From sequence record DRR723986_13700: DNA of 64,000 nt, one strand, 5' to 3'. Below, in pieces: positions 12,237 through 22,988 of the stretch; position 1 is the stretch's first letter, and each line of letters begins with the position of its first letter. Both the position numbers and the translations under genes were made by a program. The notes below the pieces were generated by a model. That model was not told the DNA's origin. It did no database searches and worked only from the letters and a program-made list of their open reading frames with translations.

Positions 12237-14819
12237 TTAAGCTGAATTACGACTCGCATTAATATTACCAAATAATGAACGTGTCACCATACTTGCAAAA
12301 ATCTTCATTTGCTCGTCATCTGCTTTTACTCCAGATTTTTCAAGCTCCTGAATTTTCTTCAATGCATACTGCTGAATTGTCAGTAACGGCAGCACAATAG
12401 ATTCTCTAACAGCAATAGATGCTTTGCCAGCAGGCTCTTCTTGCATTAATTCTTTATAACCTGTTAACTTTAATATGAGTCTTTTAGACGTTTCATATTC
12501 GTCATATATAATTGTCCAGAATTCGCCATATTCAGGATCTTCTGCCATATATCTAGTTAAATCAAAGAATGATTTAGACAAAGACATCATACTGTTTCCA
12601 ATAAGTGTCTTGAAAAAATCTGATGTTTGAAATAAATGCTGTACTTTTTCAAATTCACCAATATCCTCATAATGCTTTAAAGCTGTACCAACTCCAAAAA
12701 AGCCAGGTACATTTTGCTTCAATTGACTCCAAGAACCTACAAAGGGTATCGCTCTCAAATCTTCAAAAACTAAACCTTTTGCTTTTCCACGTTTAGATGG
12801 TCGACTTCCAATGTTTGTTTTCGCATAATACTTCAGCGTACTCATGTGCTCCAAATAAGAAATAAATTTTGGATGTGCTTTAAAATCTGAATAGGCTTTG
12901 TAGCTGCGCTCAGATAAATCTGTCATCACTTCCCTATTTTCAGACGACATACTCAAATCCTTATCATTAATACTATTTCCAATGCCAGAACTAATTAACT
13001 GTTCCAAATTATATTGAGAGGATTCTAAAGTTCCGAAATTAGAACTAATAGTTTGACCTTGTATAGTTAATTGCACCTCTTTATCTTCAATTGTTGGTCC
13101 GAGTGACGCATAAAAATTATGTGTCTTACCACCACCACGTGCTGGAGGTCCACCACGACCATCAAAGAAAATCACCTTGATTCCGTATTTTCTAGACACT
13201 GCTGTCAAATTCTCTTTAGCTTTATAAATCGCCCAATTTGCCATTAGATATCCACCATCTTTAGTACCATCGCTAAAGCCAAGCATAATGGTTTGTTTAT
13301 TTCCTCTTGCTTTTAAATGTGCTGCATATTCCGTATTGGTGTATAATTCTTCCATCACAGCAGGAGCATTCTCTAAATCCGTTATGGTTTCAAATAAGGG
13401 TCCAATATCAACAGTCAATTCATCTTGAAAAGCTACTAACTTTAGCATTGCAAATAATTGCATTACATTAAGTGTGGTCTGGTTATTACTAATTATGTAA
13501 CGGTTTGCAGCCTTTTCTCCATTAGCTCCTTGAATAGTCTTAATGACTTTCATGGTTTTTAAAGCTTTCACTGTTTCTTCGTCTTTTATAATTGACAAAT
13601 CAATTTCACCTTTTATTTTAGATAGAATATTTACTTGCTGTTTTTCACTTAAATTTTGATAGTTCTTTGGAAAAATATCACTTCCGTTTTCTATTAAAGC
13701 ATCAACCATATTATTAAAAAACTGGGCATGCTTTCGACTATCTTGACGGATATCCAAGTTGGCAAAATGGAATCCGAATAAATGAACTTTATTCAATAAA
13801 CTATTGACTTCAGATAAGTATAAAGACTGATGTTCTTTAATGAGTACGTTTTTGATCACCTCTAATTCAGAGGCAAAATTTTCTGCTGTTAAGTTCGAGT
13901 TTTGATTCGTGATAATTTTCCAAAGCTCAGTCTCTAAAACCACAATACGTTCTTCAACACCCTCAAATGTTAACTTTCGTCTTAATCGACGTGCATCCCT
14001 GTAATAATTTTTGATAACTGTTGCTCTTAGTCTTTTAGCAACATTGAGCGTAATCTCTGGCGTAACAAATGGGTTTCCGTCACGATCACCTCCTGGCCAA
14101 AATCCAATATTTATAATATCATTTTCAATCTGCTCACCATCAAATATATTTTGCTGAATGTAATCGTAAATAATTCCGAAAGATTTATAAAACACATTTT
14201 CGAGATACCAGATTAAGCTTACGGCTTCATCATATGGAGATGGTTTCTTGTCCTTGAAGAATGGGGTTTTACCCAATTGCGCTAATAAATCAGTTATTTT
14301 AACCAAATCATTAGCTCGAATCGCTTCCGTTAAATCTGTAATAATACCTAACACGGAACCTGGATAAAATTGTGTTGGATGTGCTGTTAGCACAATACGA
14401 ACTTTAAACTCTTCCAAGTACTGCCTTAAGGTGTCTATTTTTTTTTCCTTGGTAACAGACTCTTTTAAACTTCTGAGCGTACCGATACCATCCATATTAT
14501 TGACAACTGGAAAAGCAGCATCTTCAATGGCATCAAACAACACCACCTGTCTCTCTATATATTGAATAAAACGAAACAACAAATCAATCTGACTCTGAGG
14601 TGACCGTCGTGCTTGATACTTTTTAAAGAACGTTTCAACTATCGCTGTTGGGTCATTTTTATTGGCATATCCTTTCTCGCATGTTGCATGAAAAAGTGGC
14701 AATAAGGTACCTGTTCGTGTTATAGTATCAAAAGGCAATGTTACAAAGATGCTATTGTATATCTGATACTTTGATAATACGTTTTGATTGAATCTTGTAA
14801 GTTTTGGTTGTGTTGGCAT
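12237..14819 (-). CDS. ppc: Phosphoenolpyruvate carboxylase
   Basis: VLTAHPT, GGDRDGNP, MLGFSDGTKDGG, GRGG..RGGG, LRAIPF, C-terminal RNSA. Confidence 0.95.
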   Translation of the reverse strand: MPTQPKLTRFNQNVLSKYQIYNSIFVTLPFDTITRTGTLLPLFHATCEKGYANKNDPTAIVETFFKKYQARRSPQSQIDLLFRFIQYIERQVVLFDAIEDAAFPVVNNMDGIGTLRSLKESVTKEKKIDTLRQYLEEFKVRIVLTAHPTQFYPGSVLGIITDLTEAIRANDLVKITDLLAQLGKTPFFKDKKPSPYDEAVSLIWYLENVFYKSFGIIYDYIQQNIFDGEQIENDIINIGFWPGGDRDGNPFVTPEITLNVAKRLRATVIKNYYRDARRLRRKLTFEGVEERIVVLETELWKIITNQNSNLTAENFASELEVIKNVLIKEHQSLYLSEVNSLLNKVHLFGFHFANLDIRQDSRKHAQFFNNMVDALIENGSDIFPKNYQNLSEKQQVNILSKIKGEIDLSIIKDEETVKALKTMKVIKTIQGANGEKAANRYIISNNQTTLNVMQLFAMLKLVAFQDELTVDIGPLFETITDLENAPAVMEELYTNTEYAAHLKARGNKQTIMLGFSDGTKDGGYLMANWAIYKAKENLTAVSRKYGIKVIFFDGRGGPPARGGGKTHNFYASLGPTIEDKEVQLTIQGQTISSNFGTLESSQYNLEQLISSGIGNSINDKDLSMSSENREVMTDLSERSYKAYSDFKAHPKFISYLEHMSTLKYYAKTNIGSRPSKRGKAKGLVFEDLRAIPFVGSWSQLKQNVPGFFGVGTALKHYEDIGEFEKVQHLFQTSDFFKTLIGNSMMSLSKSFFDLTRYMAEDPEYGEFWTIIYDEYETSKRLILKLTGYKELMQEEPAGKASIAVRESIVLPLLTIQQYALKKIQELEKSGVKADDEQMKIFASMVTRSLFGNINASRNSA

Positions 14820-14824
14820 TTAAA

Positions 14825-15943
14825 TTATATGATTGTAGATTGCCCTAAATGGATATTTGTGAAATTCATGTTCGTGTCATTAGGATTAAGAATAAAATCC
14901 TCAATAAATTCACCAACTCTACTTGTAGTTATATTATCGTATTTAGTATTGATATCTGGCGTAGTAATATCCAATTTTAAGGATTTCTCTACAGCCATTC
15001 TAATCAGTTTCGCCTCATTGAATAATTCAAAATGTTCTAATAACATTGCCGCAGACAAAATTGATGCTATGGGATTGGCAATGTCTTTTCCTGTAGCTTG
15101 AGGAAAAGAACCATGAATAGGTTCGAACATGGCATATTTATCACCAACTGATGCCGAAGCCAACAGCCCTATTGATCCTCCAATGACACTGGCTTCATCA
15201 CTAATAATATCGCCGAACATATTTTCAGTTAAAATAACATCGAACTGTTTGGGGTTTAAAATCATCTGCATAGCGGCATTGTCCACAAATAAAAAGTCCA
15301 ATTCGACATCTTTGTAATCTTTTGCAACTTCTGTAACTACTTTCCTCCAAAGCCTAGAGCTCTCCAAAACATTTGCCTTATCGACCAACGTTACTTTACG
15401 CCTTCTATTTTGAGCTGCTTTAAAAGCTAAATGTGTTATACGTTCTATTTCTTCGCGCGAGTACATGCACAGATCAGAAGCTACATTTTCATCTTCACTT
15501 AAGTACTTTTCTCCAAAATAGATACCACCAGTTAATTCCCTGTAGATACTGATATCTGTTCCTTCAATAATATTCTTTTTCAATGGCGATTTGTCCAATA
15601 GGGTTTGATATGCTTTTACTGGTCTTATATTAGCATATAAACCAAGCTCTTTTCGTAGCTTTAGAAGACCTTGCTCTGGACGAACTTTCGCGGATGGATT
15701 ATTATCATACTTCGGATGACCAATCGCTCCAAATAAAATAGCATCGCTCGTTTTACACAGACTTAACGTCTCTTCTGGTAAAGGATCGTTGTGATTGTCA
15801 ATCGCAACCGCACCTACATCGGCAGTTTTGAACTTAAAATTATGATTAAACTCTAGTGCAATAGCATTCAAAGCTTTTATTGCTTGATTGGTCACTTCGG
15901 GACCAATACCATCTCCAGATAAAACTGCTATATTTAATTCCAT
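14825..15943 (-). CDS. leuB: 3-isopropylmalate dehydrogenase
   Basis: GDGIGPEV, VDKANVL, NMFGDIISD, EPIHGS. Confidence 0.96.
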   Translation of the reverse strand: MELNIAVLSGDGIGPEVTNQAIKALNAIALEFNHNFKFKTADVGAVAIDNHNDPLPEETLSLCKTSDAILFGAIGHPKYDNNPSAKVRPEQGLLKLRKELGLYANIRPVKAYQTLLDKSPLKKNIIEGTDISIYRELTGGIYFGEKYLSEDENVASDLCMYSREEIERITHLAFKAAQNRRRKVTLVDKANVLESSRLWRKVVTEVAKDYKDVELDFLFVDNAAMQMILNPKQFDVILTENMFGDIISDEASVIGGSIGLLASASVGDKYAMFEPIHGSFPQATGKDIANPIASILSAAMLLEHFELFNEAKLIRMAVEKSLKLDITTPDINTKYDNITTSRVGEFIEDFILNPNDTNMNFTNIHLGQSTII

Positions 15944-15951
15944 CTATTCTT

Positions 15952-16542
15952 TCAATATATTTTCTGAGCTTCAAAAGCTTCAATTAATTCTTTATTATTT
16001 ATAAGATAATCAATGTCGTCATAACCATTGATCATACAGGTTTTTTTGTAAGCATCTATTTCGAAGTGCTCAGAAAGATCCGAATTTACTACCGAAATGG
16101 TCTGTTTTTGAAGATTTACTTCCAATACCGTCTGTGGATTTGACTCAATTCTCTGCATTAAGTCACTCAAAAAGCTTTCTGAAACTTGAACAGGTAGCAG
16201 TCCATTGTTTAAAGCATTGCCCTTAAAGATATCCGCAAAAAAACTGGACACCACAACTTTAAAGCCATAACCTACTATTGCCCATGCGGCATGTTCTCTA
16301 CTAGATCCACAACCAAAATTATTTCCAGCAACCAAAATACTACCAGAATACTGAGGCTTGTTCAAAACAAATTCTGAATTTTCTGTACCATCCTTATTGT
16401 ATCGCCAGTCCCTAAAAACATTATCTCCAAACCCTTTTTTGTCTGTAGCCTTTAGAAAGCGTGCAGGTATGATTTGATCCGTATCTACATTCTCAATATT
16501 TAATGGGATGGCAGTCGATTGTAATGTTGTAAACTTCTCCAT
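15952..16542 (-). CDS. leuD: 3-isopropylmalate dehydratase small subunit
   Basis: [24 protein letters not shown]. Confidence 0.97.
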   Translation of the reverse strand: MEKFTTLQSTAIPLNIENVDTDQIIPARFLKATDKKGFGDNVFRDWRYNKDGTENSEFVLNKPQYSGSILVAGNNFGCGSSREHAAWAIVGYGFKVVVSSFFADIFKGNALNNGLLPVQVSESFLSDLMQRIESNPQTVLEVNLQKQTISVVNSDLSEHFEIDAYKKTCMINGYDDIDYLINNKELIEAFEAQKIY

Positions 16543-17927
16543 TAATTTAAATGTTTTGTAATATCAATGATTTTGCCCTCTACAGCAGTGGCTGCAGCGA
16601 CTAAAGGACTTGCCAAAATTGTTCGTGACCCCTGACCTTGTCTACCTTCAAAATTCCTATTAGAGGTTGACACGCAATATTCGCCTTGTGGAATTTTGTC
16701 ATCGTTCATGGCCAAACAGGCTGAACAACCTGGTTGACGTAGTTCGAATCCTGCTTCATCAAAAACAGTTTTCAAACCTTCCTCTATTATTTGAGCTTCT
16801 ACCTGTTTACTTCCTGGCACCAACCATGCCGTAACGTTATCAGCTTTTTTCTTTCCTTTTATAAAATCAGCCGCAACTCTAAAATCTTCAATTCTAGAAT
16901 TCGTGCAACTTCCAATAAAGACAAAGTTTATTGGTTTATTAATTAAGCTTTCTCCAGCTTCAAAATTCATATAAGCTAATGACTTTTTGTATGATGGATT
17001 ATCTTCAACCGGAATGGTTTCAGAAATTTTAATGCCCATGCCTGGGTTGGTTCCATAAGTAACCATTGGCTCTATATCTTCAGCGTCGAAATGATATTCT
17101 TTGTCAAACACAGCACCTTCGTCCGTTGGTAGTGTTTTCCAGTAGGCTACTTTCTCTTCAAAAGCTTCTCCCTTAGGCGCAAACTCTCGTCCTTTAACAT
17201 ATTCAAAGGTAGTTTCATCTGGTGCGATCATGCCGCCACGTGCTCCCATTTCGATACTCATGTTACAAACTGTCATACGACCCTCCATACTCATATCCTC
17301 AAACACATTCCCCGCATATTCGCAGAAATATCCTGTACCTGAATTGGTACCTAGCTTAGAAATAATGTAAAGAATAACATCCTTTGGTAAGACTCCATTT
17401 TTTAATTTACCATTAACGTTAACTCGTAAGCTTTTTGGTTTTTTAAGTAATAAGCACTGACTTGCAAATACTTGCGCTACCTGACTTGTACCTATACCAA
17501 ATGCAATGGCTCCGAAGGCACCATGTGTTGAGGTGTGACTATCACCACAGACCATGGTCATCCCTGGCTGCGTCACACCTAACTCTGGAGCCATTACATG
17601 CACTATTCCATTATACTTATGTCCTAACTCATATAATGTAATATTATTTTTTTTACAGTTTTTTGATAACTGCTCCAACTGATGTCTAGAAAGTGTATCT
17701 TTAATTGGTTTATCTTGATTTAAAGTCGGTGTATTATGATCTGCTGTAGCAACAATTTGGTTTGGTCTAAAAACTGGAATTCCGCGATCTTCTAATTCAT
17801 TAAAAGCTTGCGGACTTGTTACCTCATGGATTAAATGTTTGTCTATATATAATATCTGAGGACCATTTTCTATACGGCTAACAACATGAGAATCCCAGAC
17901 TTTATCAAATAGTGTTTTCTTTGTCAT
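16542..17927 (-). CDS. leuC: 3-isopropylmalate dehydratase large subunit
   Basis: [43 protein letters not shown]. Confidence 0.97.
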   Translation of the reverse strand: MTKKTLFDKVWDSHVVSRIENGPQILYIDKHLIHEVTSPQAFNELEDRGIPVFRPNQIVATADHNTPTLNQDKPIKDTLSRHQLEQLSKNCKKNNITLYELGHKYNGIVHVMAPELGVTQPGMTMVCGDSHTSTHGAFGAIAFGIGTSQVAQVFASQCLLLKKPKSLRVNVNGKLKNGVLPKDVILYIISKLGTNSGTGYFCEYAGNVFEDMSMEGRMTVCNMSIEMGARGGMIAPDETTFEYVKGREFAPKGEAFEEKVAYWKTLPTDEGAVFDKEYHFDAEDIEPMVTYGTNPGMGIKISETIPVEDNPSYKKSLAYMNFEAGESLINKPINFVFIGSCTNSRIEDFRVAADFIKGKKKADNVTAWLVPGSKQVEAQIIEEGLKTVFDEAGFELRQPGCSACLAMNDDKIPQGEYCVSTSNRNFEGRQGQGSRTILASPLVAAATAVEGKIIDITKHLN

Positions 17928-19103
17928 CTAAGCTGAAATTATTTGTTGGTAGACTTTACTCGATTCAATGATTTGATGAATGTCATTATCATCAATCTCT
18001 TTTTTTCTGTCTGCAAAACTTAAGAAGTTCGCATAGACTTCATCAAGTTGTAACTTGGTTAATTCATAACCTACATTCTTTGCTCTGTAAGCTAATGCTG
18101 CGCGCCCACTTCTTGCCGTTAAAACAATAGCAGACTCTGTTACACCAACATCTTTAGGATCAATAATTTCGTAAGTTTCACGATTTTTTATAACACCATC
18201 TTGATGAATACCAGAACTATGCGCAAAGGCATTAGCGCCAACTATAGCTTTATTTGGTTGTGTATAAATTCCCATACTGTCACTTACCAATTGACTCATA
18301 CCATAAAGCATAGAGGTATTAACATTTGTATCTAATTTTAGATATGGATGTTGTTTTAGCACCATTACAACTTCTTCTAAAGCCGTATTTCCTGCTCGTT
18401 CACCAATACCATTAATCGTGCATTCTATTTGTCTTGCCCCATTAATCACACCTTCAATTGAATTGGCTGTTGCCAATCCTAAATCATTATGGCAATGGCA
18501 AGATAAAATAGCCCTTTCAATTCCCTTGACGTTTTCCTTTAAATACTTAATCTTAGCACCATATTCACTCGGTAAGCAATAACCAGTGGTATCTGGAATA
18601 TTTAATACCGTTGCACCTGCTTTAATAGCAGCTTCGCAAACGCGTGCCAAATATTCATTATCTGTTCTACCTGCATCTTCTGCGTAAAACTCTACATCTT
18701 CTACAAAGGATTTAGCATATTTTACCGCTGCAAAAGCACGCTCTAAAATATCTTCTTTGGTTGTTTTAAATTTATGAACAATATGAGAGTCTGAAGTACC
18801 AATACCTGTATGAATTCTCGGCTTTACAGCATATTTTAATGCCTCAGCTGCCACTTTAATATCATTTTCTACAGATCGTGTTAGACCACAAACCGTAGCG
18901 TTTTTTACAATTTTTGAAATCGCTTCAACCGATTTAAAGTCACCAGGACTTGATACCGGAAAACCAGCTTCAATAACATCAACACCTAAAGCATCTAGCT
19001 GCTCAGCAATAACCACTTTCTGTTCAGTATTAAGCTTACAACCTGGAACTTGCTCACCATCGCGCAGCGTTGTGTCAAAAATTTGAATATTGCTATTTGC
19101 CAT
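17928..19103 (-). CDS. leuA: 2-isopropylmalate synthase (short form without the C-terminal regulatory domain)
   Basis: [33 protein letters not shown]; 391 aa. Confidence 0.95.
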   Translation of the reverse strand: MANSNIQIFDTTLRDGEQVPGCKLNTEQKVVIAEQLDALGVDVIEAGFPVSSPGDFKSVEAISKIVKNATVCGLTRSVENDIKVAAEALKYAVKPRIHTGIGTSDSHIVHKFKTTKEDILERAFAAVKYAKSFVEDVEFYAEDAGRTDNEYLARVCEAAIKAGATVLNIPDTTGYCLPSEYGAKIKYLKENVKGIERAILSCHCHNDLGLATANSIEGVINGARQIECTINGIGERAGNTALEEVVMVLKQHPYLKLDTNVNTSMLYGMSQLVSDSMGIYTQPNKAIVGANAFAHSSGIHQDGVIKNRETYEIIDPKDVGVTESAIVLTARSGRAALAYRAKNVGYELTKLQLDEVYANFLSFADRKKEIDDNDIHQIIESSKVYQQIISA

Positions 19104-19246
19104 TTATCAAAATATAGATTAGTATTGTCTTACGAAATTATACTTTGAAATCTTCAATAATTGAAGCTACCTTTTGATTTTACGATGTTCAAAATCAAAA
19201 TAGTATATTAAATATTTGTTTTTCAGAGTTTTACACCCATATTTCA

Positions 19247-20797
19247 TTGACAACTAAAGGCCAAAAAGACAACTTATTCTCACTGGTAAAATCCTTGAAC
19301 AAGTCCGAAAAAAGACAATTCAAGCTTTATGTAGGTAGGCTAGGTGTAAATACAGACTCAAAATTCTTGAATTTATTCAACCTTTTGGATAAGGCTAAAG
19401 TTTATGATGAAGCTGCTATAATTAAGACAGGGATTGTTAAAAAACAACAACTCGCCAATGTTAAAGCTCATCTTTACAAGCAAATATTAATTAGTTTAAA
19501 GCTCAACCCATCACATCAAAATGTTCGTTCTCAAATTAGAGAACAACTTGATTTTGCTTCAATTCTTTATCACAAAGGATTATACAAGCAAAGTCTAAAA
19601 ATTTTAGATAAGGCCAAAGATTTGGCAATTTCAAACGAAGAAAAAAATATGGCATTTGAAATTGTTGAACTCGAAAAAATTATTGAAGCCCAGTACATTA
19701 CACGAAGTATTAGCAATCGTGCAGATGAACTTGCCATACAAGGAAAAGAGTTAAGCTCATTAAATGTTATTGCTTCGAAATTATCAAATCTGTCCCTTCA
19801 ATTATACAGTATAATGCTAAAAACTGGCTATGTTAAAAATGAAGATGAAAGCCAAGTGGTTACAAAATATTTTAATGACAGGCTACCAAAGATTGATTTC
19901 AAAAAAATTGGTTTTAGAGAAAAACTATGGTTATATAAAGCACATCTATGGTACAGTTTTTTAATGCAAGACTTTTTAAGTTGTTATAAGTACTCATCTA
20001 AACTTGTCGATCTTTTTTATGACAACCCCAAGATGATAAACCTAAACCCTGTATTCTTTTTAAAGGGAAATAATTACCTCTTAGAGTCAATTTTCTATTT
20101 GAGAAATAAACCCAAGTTTGTAGAGAAATTAAATCACTTAAAAGAAACGGTTGATAATACAAAATTCATTAAAGATCAAAATGTTTCTACATTGGTTTTC
20201 TTGTATACTAATTTTCATAGTATAAACCAGCATTTTATTGATGGGAGTTTTGAAGATGGACTAGAACTTATTCCTAAAATAGAAAACCAATTGTTAGAAT
20301 ACAGCTATCGTATTGACCCTCATCATCAAATGATATTTTACTACAAATTTGCTAGTTTAGAATTTGGAGCTGGTAACAATAAAGCTTGTATAAAACATCT
20401 TAATAAGATTATCACTAACAAATCTCTATCAATGCGCGAGGATTTACTCTGTTTTTCTAGAGTCTTGAATCTTGTTGCTCATTATGAAGCAGGCCTAGAT
20501 TATCATTTAGATTCTTTGTTGAGAAGCACCTACAAGTTCTTGATTAAAATGAACGACTTACATGAAGTTCAAAAGGAAATGATAAAATTTATCAGAGGGT
20601 TACAAGATATTTATCCACACGATCTAAAGAACGCTTTTAAAGATTTACTAGAAAGACTTAAGGTTTATGAAGACCATCCTTTTGAGCGTAGATCATTTCT
20701 TTATCTTGATATTATTTCTTGGTTAGAGAGTAAAATTGAGAATAAAACCGTTAGTGAGATCATTATAAATAAATATTTGATAAAATACGTGCCTTGA
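19247..20797 (+). CDS. Hypothetical all-helical (TPR-like) protein divergent from leuA
   Basis: 516-codon ORF with TTG start and helical-repeat-like composition; no catalytic motif recognised. Confidence 0.75.
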   Translation: MTTKGQKDNLFSLVKSLNKSEKRQFKLYVGRLGVNTDSKFLNLFNLLDKAKVYDEAAIIKTGIVKKQQLANVKAHLYKQILISLKLNPSHQNVRSQIREQLDFASILYHKGLYKQSLKILDKAKDLAISNEEKNMAFEIVELEKIIEAQYITRSISNRADELAIQGKELSSLNVIASKLSNLSLQLYSIMLKTGYVKNEDESQVVTKYFNDRLPKIDFKKIGFREKLWLYKAHLWYSFLMQDFLSCYKYSSKLVDLFYDNPKMINLNPVFFLKGNNYLLESIFYLRNKPKFVEKLNHLKETVDNTKFIKDQNVSTLVFLYTNFHSINQHFIDGSFEDGLELIPKIENQLLEYSYRIDPHHQMIFYYKFASLEFGAGNNKACIKHLNKIITNKSLSMREDLLCFSRVLNLVAHYEAGLDYHLDSLLRSTYKFLIKMNDLHEVQKEMIKFIRGLQDIYPHDLKNAFKDLLERLKVYEDHPFERRSFLYLDIISWLESKIENKTVSEIIINKYLIKYVP

Positions 20798-20902
20798 TTT
20801 TCACGAATTCATAAAAAAAGCATAAAAACTAAAATTAAATTTGGATTTTAAATTTTTGTGATGCAATATTTGTACTCACAAAGTTCAAAAACTTACTGAA
20901 AT

Positions 20903-21023
20903 GTTATCAAGAAAGGTGGAGGGAATAGACCCGCTGAAACCTTAGCAACCCTTAGATTTACTGAGAAGGTGCTAAATTCTACTTAAACGAGCAGGTCATT
21001 TTTTGCAAGTTTGGATAGATAAC
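20903..21023 (+). ncRNA. SAM-I riboswitch
   Basis: P1 GTTATC...GATAAC, ATCAAGA..GGTGGAGGGA, GAAACC..GCAACC and AAGGTGCTAA cores; lies upstream of metY. Confidence 0.9.
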
Positions 21024-21029
21024 TAAAGA

Positions 21030-21063
21030 CCAATTACCCATCTGTAATTGGCATATTTCTTTA
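21030..21063 (+). terminator. Candidate riboswitch expression-platform hairpin
   Basis: Perfect 8-bp stem CCAATTAC/GTAATTGG right after the aptamer, with an imperfect T-rich tail. Confidence 0.4.
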
Positions 21064-21146
21064 TAACATTTTTCTATTAAGTACGCTTCACAAGAAGCTT
21101 ATTTGGCTTTTGGTTTAATTATTTATTAACTCAAAAACTTAGAAAA

Positions 21147-22445
21147 ATGAGTACACAAAAATTCGCAACCAATGCGTTGCATGCTGGACACGATGTTGAA
21201 AAAAATGGCGGAACAAGAGCTGTTCCAATTTATCAATCAACAGCATACGTGTTCAATGATTCAGATCATGCGGCTAATCTTTTCGCATTAGCCGAAACTG
21301 GTAATATTTATACCAGAATTAACAATCCGACAAATGATGTTCTTGAACAGCGTTTAGCTGCTTTAGAGGGTGGCATTGCAGCTGTAGTTACCGCTTCTGG
21401 TACCTCAGCGATTGCGACGTCTTTATTGACATTGCTTAAAGCTGGTGACCATATTGTCGCATCCAGCAGTTTGTATGGAGGCACTTACAATCTCTTGAGT
21501 GTTACCTTGCCTAGACATGGTATTACAACTACTTTTGTTGACCCCTCAAATCCAGAAAACTTTAATAAAGCCGCTCAGGAAAATACAAGAGCATTCTTTA
21601 TTGAGTCTTTAGGAAATCCAAAACTAGATGTTCTGGATATTGGAGCAATTTCTAGGGAAGCGAAAGCCTATAAGGTGCCACTTATTGTTGATAATACAGT
21701 AGCCACACCTTACCTACTGAATCCTATTGAGCATGGTGCCAATATCGTCATCCACTCATTAACAAAATATATCAATGGCAATGGAACAGCATTAGGTGGT
21801 GTTATTATTGATGCTGGTACTTTTGACTGGACCAATGGAAAATTCCCAGAATTCACAGAACCTTCTGCCGGATATCATGGTTTAGTCTATAGTGAAGCAT
21901 TAGAAGCGGCTGCATTTATTGCTAAAGTCAGAATTGAAGGTCTTAGGGATTATGGAGGAGCATTGAGCCCATTTAATGCGTTCCAGATTATTCAAGGACT
22001 AGAAACTCTGGAGCTTCGAATTAAAAAGCATAGTGAAAATGCACTAGAATTGGCTAAATGGTTGCAAGAGCAGCCAGAAGTTAATTGGGTAAACTATCCT
22101 GGTTTGGAAACAAGCAAATATAAAGATCTCGCAAATAAATATCTACCAAATGGGCAAAGTGGAATAGTTACGTTTGGTGTTGATGGCGGTTATGATGCTG
22201 CAAAAACCATTGCAGATACGACGAAGCTATTTTCATTGTTAGCTAACATTGGGGATACCAAATCCCTAATTATACATCCTGCAAGTACGACGCATCAGCA
22301 ATTGAGTGACGAAGCGCAAGAAAGCACAGGAGTCACAAAAGATTTAATTCGTCTTTCCGTAGGCATTGAAAACATTGAAGATTTAAAAGCCGATTTAAAA
22401 GAAGCATTTGCTGTTGTTAAACAGCAGAAAGCAGTTCAAAATTAG
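21147..22445 (+). CDS. metY: O-acetylhomoserine sulfhydrylase (aminocarboxypropyltransferase)
   Basis: YTRINNPT, HSLTKYING PLP motif, LANIGDTKSLIIHPASTTH, IRLSVGIE. Confidence 0.92.
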   Translation: MSTQKFATNALHAGHDVEKNGGTRAVPIYQSTAYVFNDSDHAANLFALAETGNIYTRINNPTNDVLEQRLAALEGGIAAVVTASGTSAIATSLLTLLKAGDHIVASSSLYGGTYNLLSVTLPRHGITTTFVDPSNPENFNKAAQENTRAFFIESLGNPKLDVLDIGAISREAKAYKVPLIVDNTVATPYLLNPIEHGANIVIHSLTKYINGNGTALGGVIIDAGTFDWTNGKFPEFTEPSAGYHGLVYSEALEAAAFIAKVRIEGLRDYGGALSPFNAFQIIQGLETLELRIKKHSENALELAKWLQEQPEVNWVNYPGLETSKYKDLANKYLPNGQSGIVTFGVDGGYDAAKTIADTTKLFSLLANIGDTKSLIIHPASTTHQQLSDEAQESTGVTKDLIRLSVGIENIEDLKADLKEAFAVVKQQKAVQN

Positions 22446-22467
22446 CCTTTAAATATGTTGTTTAGTA

Positions 22468-22501
22468 AAACAGGTGCCTTTTTTACATGAGGCATCTGTT
22501 T
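22468..22501 (+). terminator. Intergenic hairpin between metY and the OsmC gene (weak terminator or mRNA stabiliser)
   Basis: AAACAGGTGCCT...AGGCATCTGTTT. Confidence 0.45.
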
Positions 22502-22528
22502 ATAATCTTCAAATAAAAAAACAGAAAG

Positions 22529-22981
22529 ATGAGTAATTTAACATTTAGTGTTTCGGGAGAGAGTTCTTCTGAAACAAAATTCATAGGAAACACAAGGCAA
22601 TTCACATTAACTGTGGATGAGCCTGAAGCATTGGGCGGCACAGATGATTATCCTAATCCTGTTGAGTACATTCTTGCAGGTTTTGCGGGATGTGTCAATG
22701 TTGTAGGACACACTGTGGCAAAAGAATTGGGCTTCAAGATCAATAGCCTAAAGATTGAAGTTAATGGTGAGTTGAATCCAAATCGTTTCTTGGGAAGCTC
22801 TAATGTAGAACGTGCAGGTTTTAAATCTATTAAACTTCATTTAATCCCTGATACAGATGTAGATATTGAGACTTTAACAAAATGGTTACAGATAGTTGAA
22901 GACCGTTGCCCTGTTAAGGACAATCTTCAAAATTCAACACCAATTTCAATTGCGGTAGAAAAAGAATATAATATTTCATAA
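22529..22981 (+). CDS. OsmC/Ohr-family protein
   Basis: DEPEALGG..PNPVE..LAGFAGC and RCPV two-Cys motifs. Confidence 0.88.
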   Translation: MSNLTFSVSGESSSETKFIGNTRQFTLTVDEPEALGGTDDYPNPVEYILAGFAGCVNVVGHTVAKELGFKINSLKIEVNGELNPNRFLGSSNVERAGFKSIKLHLIPDTDVDIETLTKWLQIVEDRCPVKDNLQNSTPISIAVEKEYNIS

Positions 22982-22988
22982 ATCTATA

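Noticed and set aside
19104-19246. Leucine attenuator leader peptide upstream of leuA
   Set aside because: No short Leu-rich ORF or terminator/antiterminator pair found
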